From the NCBI GenBank assembly GCA_002269645.1, contig NIVC01000001.1:434001-498000 (forward strand): 64,000 nt of DNA, read 5' to 3'. This DNA is from Macrostomum lignano (Eukaryota). The position numbers and the translations under genes are program-made. Below are positions 1 to 12,450 of this stretch, piece after piece. A model generated the notes under the pieces. That model was not told the origin of the DNA, did no database searches, and worked only from the letters and a program-made list of their open reading frames with translations. Numbering within the stretch: the first letter of the stretch is position 1; each line of letters begins with the position of its first letter.

Positions 1-161
1 AACAACTGTGAGTAGATTGATAACAACTGTGAGTAGATTGATAACAACTGTGAGTAGATTGATAACAACTGTGAGTAGATTGATAACAACTGTGAGTAGA
101 TTGATAACAAAACTGTGAGTAGATTGATAACAACTGTGAGTAGATTGATAACAACTGTGAG
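1..161. repeat. 21-bp tandem repeat (AACAACTGTGAGTAGATTGAT) in a NAGLU intron
   Basis: About 7.5 near-perfect copies visible directly; the array continues off the window edge. Confidence 0.95.
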
Positions 162-266
162 CTACCAAAAGCAATTTCCGCCACGGGTAAATCAGCAGGT
201 AAATATCGAGTAAGAACGAATTCTGCAATAATTTATTTGTCTCCAATTTTTATTTGAGTCACCTAC

Positions 267-3200
267 CTGTCTGATTGCGGTGGCGAGCTGGTGTAGAAAC
301 AGCGCCCACCTGGGCCTGTAGTAGCCAGCCAGCAGGCCATTGTACATCCTGGCCGCGTAGTCCTGTATGGTGTCCGGCCCGGGACCCCAGCAGGTCAGCT
401 GATTTCGAATGTTGAACTCGTATAGGCCAATCTCCGAGGGGCTGGCGGCGAATGACTTGGCGCTGTTGATGAGTCTCTGCAGCAGGAAGCGCTCGTCAGT
501 CTGCAGCAGCTTGTCCATACTGTCAAGAAGGCCCAGCATTGTTGCGCCCGAAGCCCTGGTTAGAAACGGTTGGTGACCTGAGACTACTTCGGCTAGACTT
601 CATTACACACCGTTAATTTCACCTTCTACAGTCCTTCACTTACTCAACGGCTGTTGCATTCTCAGTGTGAGCAGCCTGTTTGAGCACAGTGTAGTACTGG
701 TGAAACCGAATCTGCAGCATCTGTCTTGTGAGGTCCACTTGGTCGTAGCTGGGCGGAGGGAGTTTGCGGATCTAATAAATTTCATGACGCCTGGTTCACA
801 GATAAACCTGTCCCACGGACTCACTTCAGCATCGCATTGTCAGACTGATTAGTCGCGATCAGCAGTCTCCAAGCGGACTCAACCAGAGTGGCATTGTAGT
901 TCGCGTTCTCGCTTAGAGATAAGGACGGACGAAGCACCAGGACGGGGATCAGCATGCCAGTATGCGGGGTGTTGTATACTGTGGACTGGTGAAGTGCATG
1001 TAGGCTGTCAATAATGCAAAAGGTTCAGTTTACATTTTACAAACAATGAGAATGCCGAGATGGATGTGCAATGTAAATAGATCCAAGATAGATCCAAGAT
1101 AGATCCAGTATCAATTTAAATATATCCATGAAGAATTTTATGTAAGTGCTATGGGACATTTCACATGACAGTGTACATATACGAGCGTCTCGTATATGTC
1201 CACTGTCATGTGAAAGTCCTTTCTCAGTCGATGACCACAGCGGCTTATATATACATATAGGGCAGATGACAATGACGGTGGACACATGACAATGAACACA
1301 TGACAGTGGAACATGACAGTGGAACATGACAGTGAACACATGACAGTGGACACATGACAGTGGACACATGACAGTGGAACATGACAGTGAACACATGACA
1401 GTGGACACATGACAGTGGACACATGACAGTGGAACATGACAGTGAACACATGACAGTGGACACATGACTTCAGTAGACAACATGACAGTGGACACAAGAC
1501 TGCAGTAGACAACATGACAGTGGACACAAGACTACAGTAGACACATGAAAGTGGACACATGACAGCGGACACGTGACTGCAGTAGACAGATGACAATGGG
1601 CACATGGCAATGGACACAGTCGTAAACACATGACAGTGGACACATAACAGTCGACACACGACAGTGGACACAGACTGTGGACACATATTGCAGCAGACAG
1701 ATGGCAGTGGACACATGACAGTGGACACAGACTGTAGACACATATTGCAGACAGATGACAGTGGACACATGACAGTGGACACATGACAGTGGACAAATGA
1801 CAGTGGACAAATGACAGTGGACACAATACTGCAGTAGACAGACGACGGTGGACACATGACAGTAGGCAAATCAAAGCGCTGAGTGAAGCTTGCGCGGACT
1901 TCAATCTGCAAATTTGATTAAAAGGCTTCAACCAACGCTGCTGCAGGCTCACCAGCAGTCCCTCCCACGCATCCAGCAGGTTGCGATCTGGACAACCATA
2001 CCGCCGCCTTGCGTAGTCTCGGATCCACTCAGCCAGCGACTCCGGCTGCTCGGCCCTCCAGTTGAACTCCATCACCAGCTCGTACACAACTTCGTTCTGC
2101 CCGATTCCTTCCGGTTGGATTCCCGTGCCGAGCATGTTTCCAGGAAATTGACGCCGCAGGCCAAAGGGCCCGTGCTGGCCAAAGTTCAACAGCCGGCCGT
2201 ACATGGCGTTGTTACCGCCAAAGTTGTGCAGGGCTGTCCACACGAAATTGTGTCCGAAGAAGCCGTCCAACTGTTGGGCCAGATTGACCGTTTCGCCCCA
2301 CAGCTCCATCACTAGTAGATGAGTCTGCATTGAGTAGCGCAGGCACTTGACACCTCAGTGACACATTGAGCCAAAATTCGAATTGTTAAACCGCTCACCT
2401 TGTTGATGGGCTCAAAGAACGCCTTGGCCCGGTCGATCGTCCAAAAGTCGGCGGCGTTATTTAAAAACCAGCTTTGCAAAACCCTGGGATATGGCCAAGT
2501 AAAAACAGAGTCCTTTCTCAGTCGATGACCACAGCGGCTTATCTATCGACGTGAAAGACTTACCAAACGCCCTGGGGATCGGCACGTAAAAATCCATTAA
2601 GAATTGCAGCGCTGACCGCCCTGATGTAGGCCGGGTCACTGAGGAGAGTTACCGGGAGAAACAATTAATTATCTTTAATAAGCGCTCAGTTGCTTGTAGG
2701 GGTGTTCGAGTTTCCATTTTTTCCACTGACCCCGAACCCGAAACCCGACCCGGATCGAAACCCGACCGGACCCGACCCCGAACTTTCCCTGAAAGGAGAC
2801 ACTTCATCTCAGGCTTTCTACTCGTATGATGATATTTTTTCCACGAGTGACGACTGAAGGGAGTTACTCGTCCTGAGGTACCTCTAGTAGTCTACTTCTC
2901 GTTCTCATTTGCAGTCCTGGCTCCTGAACTCCTATTTCTAGTCAGCAGCTAGCAATCTCAAGCCTTCACTCCTCTCCTCCCTATAATTTGACTCCTCATT
3001 CTTAAGATCCTAAGCATTGACTTTATCATCCGCTTATCCAAATGTTTACCAACTTGGGTTTAAGTTGTCATTGTTAGCGCAACATTCGAGTGTAGCTTAA
3101 TAAAGAATAGGAAATTGGAAACCCGGTACCAAAACCCGACCCGAAACCCGACCCGACCCCGAACCCCGAACACCCCTAGTTGCTTGTGGCAACATGTACA

Positions 3201-5427
3201 TGTAGATGACATCTACGGGGAAATTTTTAAGCTTGAACTGCGAACTGTGAAGCGCATTTACTCACCCGTTGGATGGCAGGTTTTCATTAAACGGATCCAT
3301 AGCGTAGTGATGAGTCACGTGACCGAAGACTTTCACGTTCTGGAAGAGTTCTCTGTGACTTGAAGTGTCAAAGCGTTAATTGCAATGTTATCGCCAATCA
3401 ACTCTTCACTACAACTGTTACCTCCTTGATGACGGCCGCAGACAAATTCGTGAACATCGGGTCGTTAGGGCTCACAAAATAGACTCTAGAATTTGTTTGT
3501 TTTGAGCTCAGATGAGCAGGTGCATGTAATAAAAATTGTATTCCATCACACAAATACCTACTGAGAGTAGTTTCGTCCAAAGTTGTTCCAGTCGGATAGT
3601 TGAGTATAGTTCACATTTGGATATTTTCTGCAAAATTAATTGCAATTAGCAATGAGCTATGCACACTTCTATTGCACAAACAGCTCAGCCGCAGCTATTG
3701 CTCGGCGCATCTGACTGGGGGTCTCGCTACATCCACCCTCCATTAAGCTAATGGCACCCATTTCGCAGCTGGGTGAAGTGAAGCAATGCAGAGTTTAGTG
3801 TCGTGCTCAAGGACACAAATTGTTGCGATTGGCTCGTGAATCGAACCGCCGACCTTTTCAGTCGTGGGTCCGAAGCTACTAACCACTAGGCTACAACCCC
3901 TCGGCTATACAAATATACAATCTACATAAGGAAGCAGTGGTGTACGCTCGTATTCCAGAATAAATTGAAGGTGAAAAAGTACAACTAAAATGAACAGAAC
4001 TACAAAGCACTAAAGAGGAATTATGCTCGTAAGCCTTGCGAAAATGAAGAAAATGCTAATTTCTATTGTTTCATGAGTCCTATAATATTGTTGAAGTAGT
4101 GTGGTGTGTAGTTTCTTACTAATGGGATCAAGGAACTGCTTGAAGCTAGTGGTTTATTAGCTTATTAACCTTAACCCCGCCAAATATCTGATATCTTTGT
4201 CTGTCTGCTGATACAGGTTGCCAGCTAAGAAGACATTCGATTGCACACGGAGTAGACTTGCTTGACAAACGAATCTGGCACCATGCCGGAGAACCCTTGC
4301 AGCACGGGAGTGATGCCCAGTGCTGTCATTCGGTCCAGAATACGCCGCTGCAGGTCCACTTGAGAGTCGCACCATGCCTTGGGTAGGGGTCCGCCCCAGG
4401 CCTTGAGGTTGCCCATGCGACCCCTGAAATGAGGGAACCGGATTGCTAATCAATATTCCAATATATCGTCCCCAGCATCAAGTCTCTCACCAAGCCAGAA
4501 AAGCAGGCCCGGGAAAGTACTGGACCAAATCCGCCTCGCTCAGCCCGAAGTGGCTCATGGCGCCCGCCATCACTCGCTCCTGTCCTGTGAGCGCGTACGC
4601 CAAATTCACTCCGTGCAAAGCCATCCAGTCGATGTGGCGCTCCCAGTCCGAGAACCGCCACCAAACGTACGAGTAGGAGAACGTCACCACATTCGGCATC
4701 ACTGTGTAGACGTCCTGGGACTCCAGAGTCAGCTGACCGGAAGGCAGCATTGGGAGACGATCCGGTGGCAGGGCTACCTGGGAACCCGACCAGGACACCA
4801 TTGCGGAGCAGTAGCCGGTGAGGTACCGATGCAGTGCCCAGGCAGCGGCAACGCCAGAGTTAGCGCTAATGCTGACATTGTTACGACCAGTGTTTCTAAT
4901 CTGCAGGTTTTTTGTGAGCAGCAAATTGTTTTGATGAGTAGCATCATTCCTTGACAGATAAAAGTACGGCTCGTAGACTCTAACCCTGAATACAATCTGA
5001 AATGTTTTAAACTAATTTCTAATAAAAAAGGCATGAAGAAGACCTCGCAACCGCTTGCAAAAGCTACCAAACTGAATGTATTAGCTGGTATGAACTCTCA
5101 ACTATGAACTCCTCAAAATCAATATTCATCCTTTTTTAAAAGCCCATCAAACATTGAGACTTATCATTAATATCTCCTAGATGAGACACTATAATTATAC
5201 TGTAATTATCTCACCAGCGCCCGATGCCTGGGCAGAGCCGTGTCGGGCGTCACTCTGAATGAAAACCGCGCAGCATCGACACCCAGAAGCCGGCTGGCCA
5301 GCTGCTCGACTGCCAGTGCTTGCCGTTGATCTTCCCTTGCTGGGCTGTTGCTAGAAGCAACCGCAGAGACGGCAGTCGCGGCGATAATGAAGAAGATAAA
5401 CAAATCGAATGAATTGCGAGTGAACAT
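267..5427 (-). CDS. NAGLU: Alpha-N-acetylglucosaminidase (GH89), multi-exon; 3' end lies beyond the window
   Basis: Exons inferred by hand with consistent phases: 5427-5215 (signal peptide), 4900-4491, 4423-4262, 3627-3562, 3485-3422, 3339-3266, 2638-2564, 2483-2399, 2324-1953, 985-825, 748-644, 555-267. Motifs: WERHIDWMALHGVNL, PGPAFLAWGRMGNL, HYAMDPFNE, LHNFGGN, GTGIQPEGIGQNEVVYEL, YDQVDLTRQ, YEFNIRNQLTCWGP, YYRPRW, all matching NAGLU. Confidence 0.95.
1270..1865. repeat. 13-15 bp minisatellite (CATGACAGTGGACA and variants) in a NAGLU intron
   Basis: Visible directly; accounts for the spurious CVHCHV/STVMC ORFs. Confidence 0.95.
2697..3178. mobile_element. hAT-type MITE
   Basis: TIRs TAGGGGTGTTCG / CGAACACCCCTA; exact 8-bp TSD GTTGCTTG (2689-2696 and 3179-3186); subterminal ACCCGA repeats; no ORF. 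Confidence 0.9.
3672..3900 (-). mobile_element. tRNA-derived SINE, family 1 (copy a)
   Basis: The reverse complement starts GGGGTTGTAGCCCTAGTGG with a GGTTCGATTC B-box and is homologous to the copies at 26533-26810 and 40644-40897. Confidence 0.88.
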
Positions 5428-6599
5428 ACTGAGTCGAGATGGAACACTGCATGCAGCATGGTCTACTTATTAGTGAACTTATATAATTAGTCGATCTAGG
5501 CATTAGACACTTAACCTGCTCGTACACTGAGTGGTTTAAAATGCGCACGCTGCAAAGTACAATGTATGTAGCTGTGTGTTCTTGTTTGTATAGATGTGCG
5601 ATTACTGGACGGTGGTAAATGACATTTTCAACCGCTCACCACCATATCAGCAGATCATGTAGCAGATATTAAAAAGCTAGCGTACCCCCCCCCCCCAGTA
5701 ACCAACCAGCCCCAGTGTATTCCGAAGTTGCACAAGTTATAGACAGGGCTATTAGTAGGTTCGTCTCTGAATGCTAAAAAATTGTGGTTCATAAAAACAT
5801 GCACATATTTAAAATGTATAATAACTCATTAATAGAAATTAATGCTTAATTCTACATACTACTTGTATGCCACACAAATGGACCACTGCAATAAAAGCGC
5901 CGGAATGTACGCTTCTATCCTCTGTCTGTATGGTCTATTCTTGCAGCCCCAATCGCGCCTCTCTTTCGCCTATCTCAACCCTTGCTTAGATCTGTTTCTC
6001 TTCAACAATACCATGCCGCGTACACCATTTTCCTACAATCTATAGCTAAATCTCTTCTCCTGTAGCCTGAGCTGTCGTTCCATTGGTTGGCTCATTCGTG
6101 GAGTTGACTCAGTCCAGCAATGCTCTCGTCTTCAGCGTACATTTGTCCGAATGGCTTAGTCAAACAGCCCATTTGCTTGTGCTTAAAAATGAGGCTGCAG
6201 CAAACGAAGCAAGCAAGGCTAGAAAGGAGCTCTGCCGTGTAATAGCAAGAGTTGCAACGGAGGAGTTTCTGGAAAGACAGGTAAGTCACCATGTACACTC
6301 CTAGGTCTCTAAATTTCGTGTCTGGCAATCTGAAATACCCTAAGGTACTTAATATTGTAGCTATCATTTTTAATGTCAAACATGAAATAGGTACGAGCGA
6401 TGTATGTGGAACTAGAGCATGTTGTAGAGTTCTAAAAATAGCATCTAGATTGGAAATTAAATTTTATCGTAAGTTTGAGAATCATTCTCCAGCCACATTG
6501 ATTTGCTTAGGATTATAGCTCGTAGTCTAGCAAAGTCTGGGTTTGCTAAATACAAAGAAAGGTCCTATAATGTATAACAGTATGACAGGGCACGCGGTC

Positions 6600-8007
6600 C
6601 AGGGGTGTCGGTACCGGGGGGGGGCACGGGAGGGGCTGGAGCCTACATACATACAAGGATCACTTTTTAGCATGATCCTCCAAATGACCTTTTTGAATTT
6701 CAAGGAAGTGTCGGCCGGTTTTCGGCTTTGGCTTTACTGAGTCTTGGAAGCTAAGAGTACCAGCAGCTGATATAATAGTTCATGTTGTTCTCAATTCCTT
6801 TCCACTACAGTTTATCCAATGTTCCTAAGCCTTGTGCTTTTAGTGCAGGGGTCAGCAAACTTTTTGCCTCAAGTGCCAGATTGAGAACAGCGCATGACTG
6901 CCCTTCTGGGTCCGCTTCGTTGGGCCCCCAAAGCGAAACGCGCGCCAGGAGTCCCTGATGACTGCGGGCAATAGGGAGAGAGGATAGGGAATAGAGAAGA
7001 GAAATACGAGCGCAGGAGAAAGGAGAGGCGAAGGAATAAAGAAGAAGAGAGTAGACAAGAAGAGAGATAAAATAGGAGAGAAGAGAGGAGAGGGGAGATG
7101 AATGAGGAGAGGAGAGTCGAAATATAAGAGAGGAGAGAAGGACATGAGAGAGGAGGGAAGGGAGAAGAGAATGGAGAGGAAACGGGAGATGAGAGGAGAG
7201 GAGAGATGAGAGAGGTGAAATGCGAGGAGATGAGAGGAGAGGAGAGAGGTGAGGAGAGGTGAGGAGAGGAAAGGAAATGAGAGAGGAAAGGAAATGAGAG
7301 AGGAGAGGAGAGGAGAGGAGAGGAGAGGAGAGGAGAGGAGAGGAGAGGAGAATATGAGAAGAGAGAGGTGAGGAGATAAGAGGAGAGGAGAGGACAGGAG
7401 AATATGAGAAGAGAGAGGTGAGGGAAGAGAGCTGAGAAGAGACACAAACCCTGAGCGGGCCGGATTGCTATTGTGAATATTCAAAGGACCCAAGGGCCGG
7501 ATAGAGAGGCTTTGCGGGGCCACATTTGGCCCTCAGGCCGGAGTTTGCCAACCCCTGTTTTAGTGTTTAGCCCTTTTACTTTGGCATCTCTGATCGAAAT
7601 TCCGAGTCCGCCGCAATCCCAAGACTTAAACCGCTGCTGGCGCTGCAACTAAAAGCACTAAATGCCGTCAGATAAAAGAATAAAGAGTCAGCGCCAAGAG
7701 GAACTGAAGGAGGCAGCCAAGGGATCCAGAAAACTACTGGTCTTGCCCTGGCAATTTCATTCATTTGAGATATTTACTAAATAAATTGATAGTGCGGTGC
7801 AGTTGCGCAATGTTTGAATTATTTGAGAATTTGAACATTTTTCAGACTTTTGGCCACTTTCAACACAATTGAATATTGGCCTGGTTGTCACAATGTCACA
7901 AACTGACATAACAGCAGGAGTTTGGGTGCTCTTAGATTAAAAAAATCATGTGCAATGTGCCCTCCCACCAATAGCCCCCCACTTTTAAATATTTTCCGAC
8001 ACCGCTG
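6600..8007. mobile_element. Probable older hAT-like non-autonomous element hosting a nested MITE
   Basis: Imperfect TIRs CAGGGGTGTCGG (6600) / CCGACACCGCTG (ends 8007) with GGGGGGGCAC / GTGCCCTCCC subterminal boxes; no clean TSD. Confidence 0.5.
6846..7557. mobile_element. hAT (Charlie-like) MITE with an internal GA-rich microsatellite
   Basis: TIRs CAGGGGTCAGCAAACT / AGTTTGCCAACCCCTG; exact 8-bp TSD TTTTAGTG; purine-rich (GAGGA)n core at about 6970-7440. Confidence 0.9.
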
Positions 8008-8585
8008 GGCGCGCCTTAAATATTGAATCTGCATTGCTTTTGTCTGTCTAACAGAGAATGAAGCCACTCACATTACTCTCCAGCCCCTCCGAGCTAAACC
8101 CTCCTCGGCCACTGCTTCTGCAATACCAACGTCAAGTTGCGAATAAATAAAGTACAAATATATGGTTGGATTTTTATCACATTTCTTGGCTTTTGCAGTC
8201 CATGGCCCATAGACTAAAGCAAGATGCAGCCAATTGGCCCTTGGCAGGCAGCGTATGGAGGATACTCAGGCTGACAAAAGCTATAACAATCTGATAGATC
8301 TGGGCCAGCAGGTACAAGACGAATCTGGTTAATTCGTCAAAAAACAACTCGGCATGCTCAGTATGAGATAATTTAACTTTCTAGTTATTGAGCCTCGCCA
8401 AGACAACGGCTGAGGGATGCCTTTCATAGCGGAGACAAGGAAACAGACGCCACGTTAATCTTCATGCTGTAATAAAATTAAGAGAGTTATAGATGTGGAG
8501 TAATCTGTTTTCATCTAAATTCCTCAGCTGCCGACACTTCTGAAGCAGCGATAGTCAGGGTGCCCGTCGGGACCAAACCGCAGCC

Positions 8586-10044
8586 ATGATGATGAGCACG
8601 TCAACCTGCTGCAGAAGCCTGCGACGCCGGTTAAAACTGCGCAACTTCCTCGGTTGCATTGGCCTTCTGGCCATAGCAACTACCCTCTACCGTCACTTCG
8701 CCGTGGCCCCCGAAAAGTTTACTATGCAGCTCACTGAGCCAGACAGCTACCAAGTAAAAGGAGATTCAGTTAAAAAAATAAACAGAATTCCGGCAATCCT
8801 TCATCAGACCTGGATATCCGACATCATTCCTAGCACCTACGTGCCCTACGTGCGCAGCTGGGCGAATCACAGGCCCCGCCTTGACTATTACTATTGGACC
8901 GACGCCAACTCGCTTGAGTTCGTGGCGCGCCACTATCCGGAGATTCTGGCCACTTTCCGAGGTTACCCAGCTCACCTGAGTCGGGCGGACGCTGTCAGGT
9001 ACATGCTGCTGCACAAATATGGCGGCATCTATGCCGATATGGACATGATGCGGCTGAGAGACCTGGCCCCGCTGCTTAACAATAGCAGGGAGTTGTGCTA
9101 CCTCAGCCAGGAACGCTACGAGATCACGCGGCTCTACTGGGGATACAACAGGTAGGTTTTGAATTGGCTAAGCTTTAATAGACAGTCTTGAGGACAAATG
9201 CTATTATAGCGAACTGATACACTGATAAACAAAAACCGATATGCAATTTGAGTTGAGTTTTTAATTTACTCTGTCACTTAGACAACGCTTCTCAATCTGT
9301 ATACTTCCAATGACCAATGCACAACATAAGAAACAACTTTTAAATGTATGAAAATCGCAAGAAGTCATATCGGTTTTGTTGAAATAGACTGGGAAGCGGT
9401 GTTAGCATTTTGCTAGTGTTGTGGAGTAATCCAACGGATGCTCTTGAACTGACTGCCCAAAATCTGCATCCACGGAGAGCCGATTCGTCCTCCAGGGGTT
9501 GACATTTACGAAATTCAGATTTGGCATTAGCTTGTCTTCGTTCTGACACACCAACAGCAGCGTCATGAACGCCATAATGCTAAGCGCGCCGGGCCACAAG
9601 TTCATGGAGTACGTTGTCAAGGCTCTGCCAAGATTCGCCAACAACTCCCCGGACGTCATGACCTCGACGGGGCCGTTATTTCTGCAGAGAGTCTACGAAG
9701 AGTTCCATTACCGATCGCCCGTTTGCGACCTGCGTGACCCGATGTGCCGCTGCGTGGCTGCCGACCCCTACGACTTCATGCCGCAGGTGGACCCGATCCG
9801 AATCCCGCTGTTCCGCGGCAAGTGCTCCTCGCCCAACCAGCTGAAACCCAACGCTGTGGAGGCCTGCCGGATGCTGGACCGAATAGGATGGCGCAACGAG
9901 ATCTCAGAGATCGGCACCAGGTCCTACACGCACCACGGATTTCTGCACTACGGCTTCGAGAACCAGCGGTTGAAGTTCGCCTCGGTGGCCAACATTAGCA
10001 GCGTCCGCGCAGACAAGCTCAGCTTCGGCCGGGAGATTCATTGA
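8586..10044 (+). CDS. GT32 / DXD-motif glycosyltransferase (Gly_transf_sug; SUR1/OCH1-like), type II membrane protein
   Basis: Exon 8586-9151 and exon about 9558-10044, phase compatible. N-terminal TM anchor; motifs IPAILHQTW, RADAVRYMLLHKYGGIYADMD, NAIMLSAPGHKF, STGP. Confidence 0.88.
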
Positions 10045-10117
10045 TGCGACTTTTACCGCCGCTGACGGCCGTTTCATTTGCTATTATCGGTCATGGACAA
10101 CTCAAGTAGCACTCGGG

Positions 10118-10345
10118 GTTTTCTTAGAAGAGAGCCGGAGGCCGGAATTAGGAACGTGTATTTGTCGCATTGCTAGGGCGTTTATTACAATATGCTCCGG
10201 AGAACGCATAGCGCTAAATGCATGGGGTTTGGCCATAGACGAGTTCAGTCGAGAAACAGCCGATTTGTCGAGAGCACACTGAATGCACTGCGATATGCGG
10301 CAAATATACGTTCCTCCCCGGCCTCTAGCTCAATTATAAGAAAAT
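10118..10345. mobile_element. MITE-like element with about 55-bp imperfect TIRs
   Basis: The left arm TTTTCTTA..GAGGCCGG..AGGAACGTGTATTTGTCGCAT mirrors the right arm ATGCGGCAAATATACGTTCCT..CCGGCCTC..TAAGAAAA; no clear TSD. Confidence 0.55.
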
Positions 10346-10769
10346 CTAGTGTAGAGCGTCCAATATTTTAGTGGTCCATGTACCACATACATTTATGTAC
10401 ACATACGCAATCTTTTATGTATTACATAATTACTATTCCACATGGCATTTCCTATGATCATGCGGTCGTAAATGTACTTTTTACTTCATTTTATGAATCT
10501 CAACTGACTTAAGCCTTACTATACCTATCTGCAAAAAATTCTCGACAACTCCCAAAACAGAAAAACCGCTTTTAAGTGGGTCTACGGCATCAGCCCGCAG
10601 GAAGATTCCCAAATTCTTGTTTAGACCAATTTTATTGGCCTGCATAATGATGAGTCATAGCAATCGAGAAACGGTGATTACATTATTATTCATATCTAGT
10701 ACCAAGTCTAAATACTATTAATTCCATCTTTGTCTAATGCTTACTGTGGTTATTTAGACATCCAAATGT

Positions 10770-10975
10770 CTGCGGGCTAATGACCTGCGGATGAATGATC
10801 TGTGGGCTAATGACCTGCGGGCTAATGACCTGCGGACGAATGATCTGTGGGCTAATGACCTGCGGGCTAATGACCTGCAGGCTAATTACCTGCGGACTAA
10901 TGACCTCCAGCCTAATGACTGCGGGGGCTAATGACCTGCGGGCTAATGACCTGCGGGCAAACGTCCTGCGAACTA
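10770..10975. repeat. 15-bp tandem repeat (GCTAATGACCTGCGG)
   Basis: Visible directly; followed by a GGAGTTAAGG-rich stretch at about 11055-11085. Confidence 0.9.
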
Positions 10976-11786
10976 ATAATGTCGTGTCAAAACAGGCTTT
11001 TTGCTTGCTACTACTTAAATAAATTTGCAAAAATCTGAGGAGTTTTGTTAATTGGGGGAGTTAAGGAGTCAAGGAGTTAAGGGCTAACCTCATTAATAAT
11101 TAGTTGTACTGATGAAAAAAACTGTTAATGTGACAAGCAGACTTATTGGATTAATCAACAAGAATCGTGTTGAAATAAATATAAAAAGTCCAGTCAATTG
11201 GATAAATTAGACATTATAATTTATTATTGAAATAAGCAATTCAGAGCGATCGGTTTAAACAGGCATTTCAGATAGCAATAGGTGAAATAATATATTGAGT
11301 AAATGAGAGCAGCGAGTGTTTGCCGACTTTGCGAATGCATGCACGAGATGTAATGGGTGTCACACGCAGCGGAAAGATCATTGAGCAGCAACCGGCGACA
11401 GCCACCGCTTCTCGGGCTACCCGGCGCCAGGCAAAAATGCTTTTAATTTTTATCGAGGCACAAATTATTCTAAATATTAGCAACAATCGCTACTGTAAGC
11501 GGTACGTGCGGAATTTATACGAAATGAAATTCAATGGGTAGTTTACTAATTAGAAAAACAAAGGAGATTTTCAAGGCATTAGTGCCAAGTTATTTACCAG
11601 CTATAGAAAATTGCACCTTGTAACAGCTTTAAATAAAACTCAGATGAGCAAAACCAATTAGTTAATTTCTTGGCTTTCGGCAATATTGATTCAATAATAC
11701 GCTTTAGGCTATGCTAAATGAGAAGATTTTCTTAATTAAGCTTGTATGAGGTCGAATTCTAGTGCACACGTTCAAAGGCAGCGGAT

Positions 11787-12450
11787 GTAGATTGGGGAGA
11801 GGGGTTGGCAGCGGATGTACATTGGGGAGAGGGGTTGGCAGCGGATGTACATTGGGGAGAGGGGTTGGCAGCGGATGTACATTGGGGAGAGGGGTTGGCA
11901 GCGGATGTACATTGGGGAGAGGGGTTGGCAGCGGATGTACATTTGGGAGAGGGATGTACATTGTGGAGAGGGGTTGACAGCGGATGTACATTGGGGAGAG
12001 GGATGTACATTAGGGAGAGGGGTTGGCAGCGGATGTACATTGGGGAGAGGGATGTACATTAGGGAGAGGGGTTGGCAGCGGATGTACATTGGGGAGAGGG
12101 ATGTACATTGGGGAGAGGGGTTGGCAGCGGATGTACATTGGGGAGAGGGGTTGGCAGCGGATGTACATTTGGGAGAGGGGTTGGCAGCGGATGTACATTG
12201 GGGAGAGGGGTTGGCAGCGGATGTACATTGGGGAGAGGGGTTGGCAGCGGATGTACATTGGGGAGAGGGGTTGGCAGCGGATGTACATTGGGGAGAGGGG
12301 TTGGCAGCTGATGTACATTTGGGAGAGGGGTTGGCAGCGGATGTACATTGGGGAGAGGGGTTGGCAGCGGATGTACATTGGGAGAGGGGTTGGCAGCGGA
12401 TGTACATAGGGGAAGAGGGACTGGCAGTGATGTACATTGGGGAGAGGCTT
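11787..12450. repeat. 30-bp G-rich minisatellite (ATTGGGGAGAGGGGTTGGCAGCGGATGTAC) with 20-bp deletion variants
   Basis: Visible directly; the end of the array plus its flank is duplicated (12409-12521 = 12556-12668). Confidence 0.95.

Noticed and set aside
740-830. Apparent frameshift in NAGLU before YDQVDLTRQ
   Set aside because: Resolved by a 76-bp GT-AG intron (824-749) with matching phase.
2505-2563. Hammerhead ribozyme in the small NAGLU intron hairpin
   Set aside because: It lacks a correctly placed CUGANGA/GAAA core on either strand.
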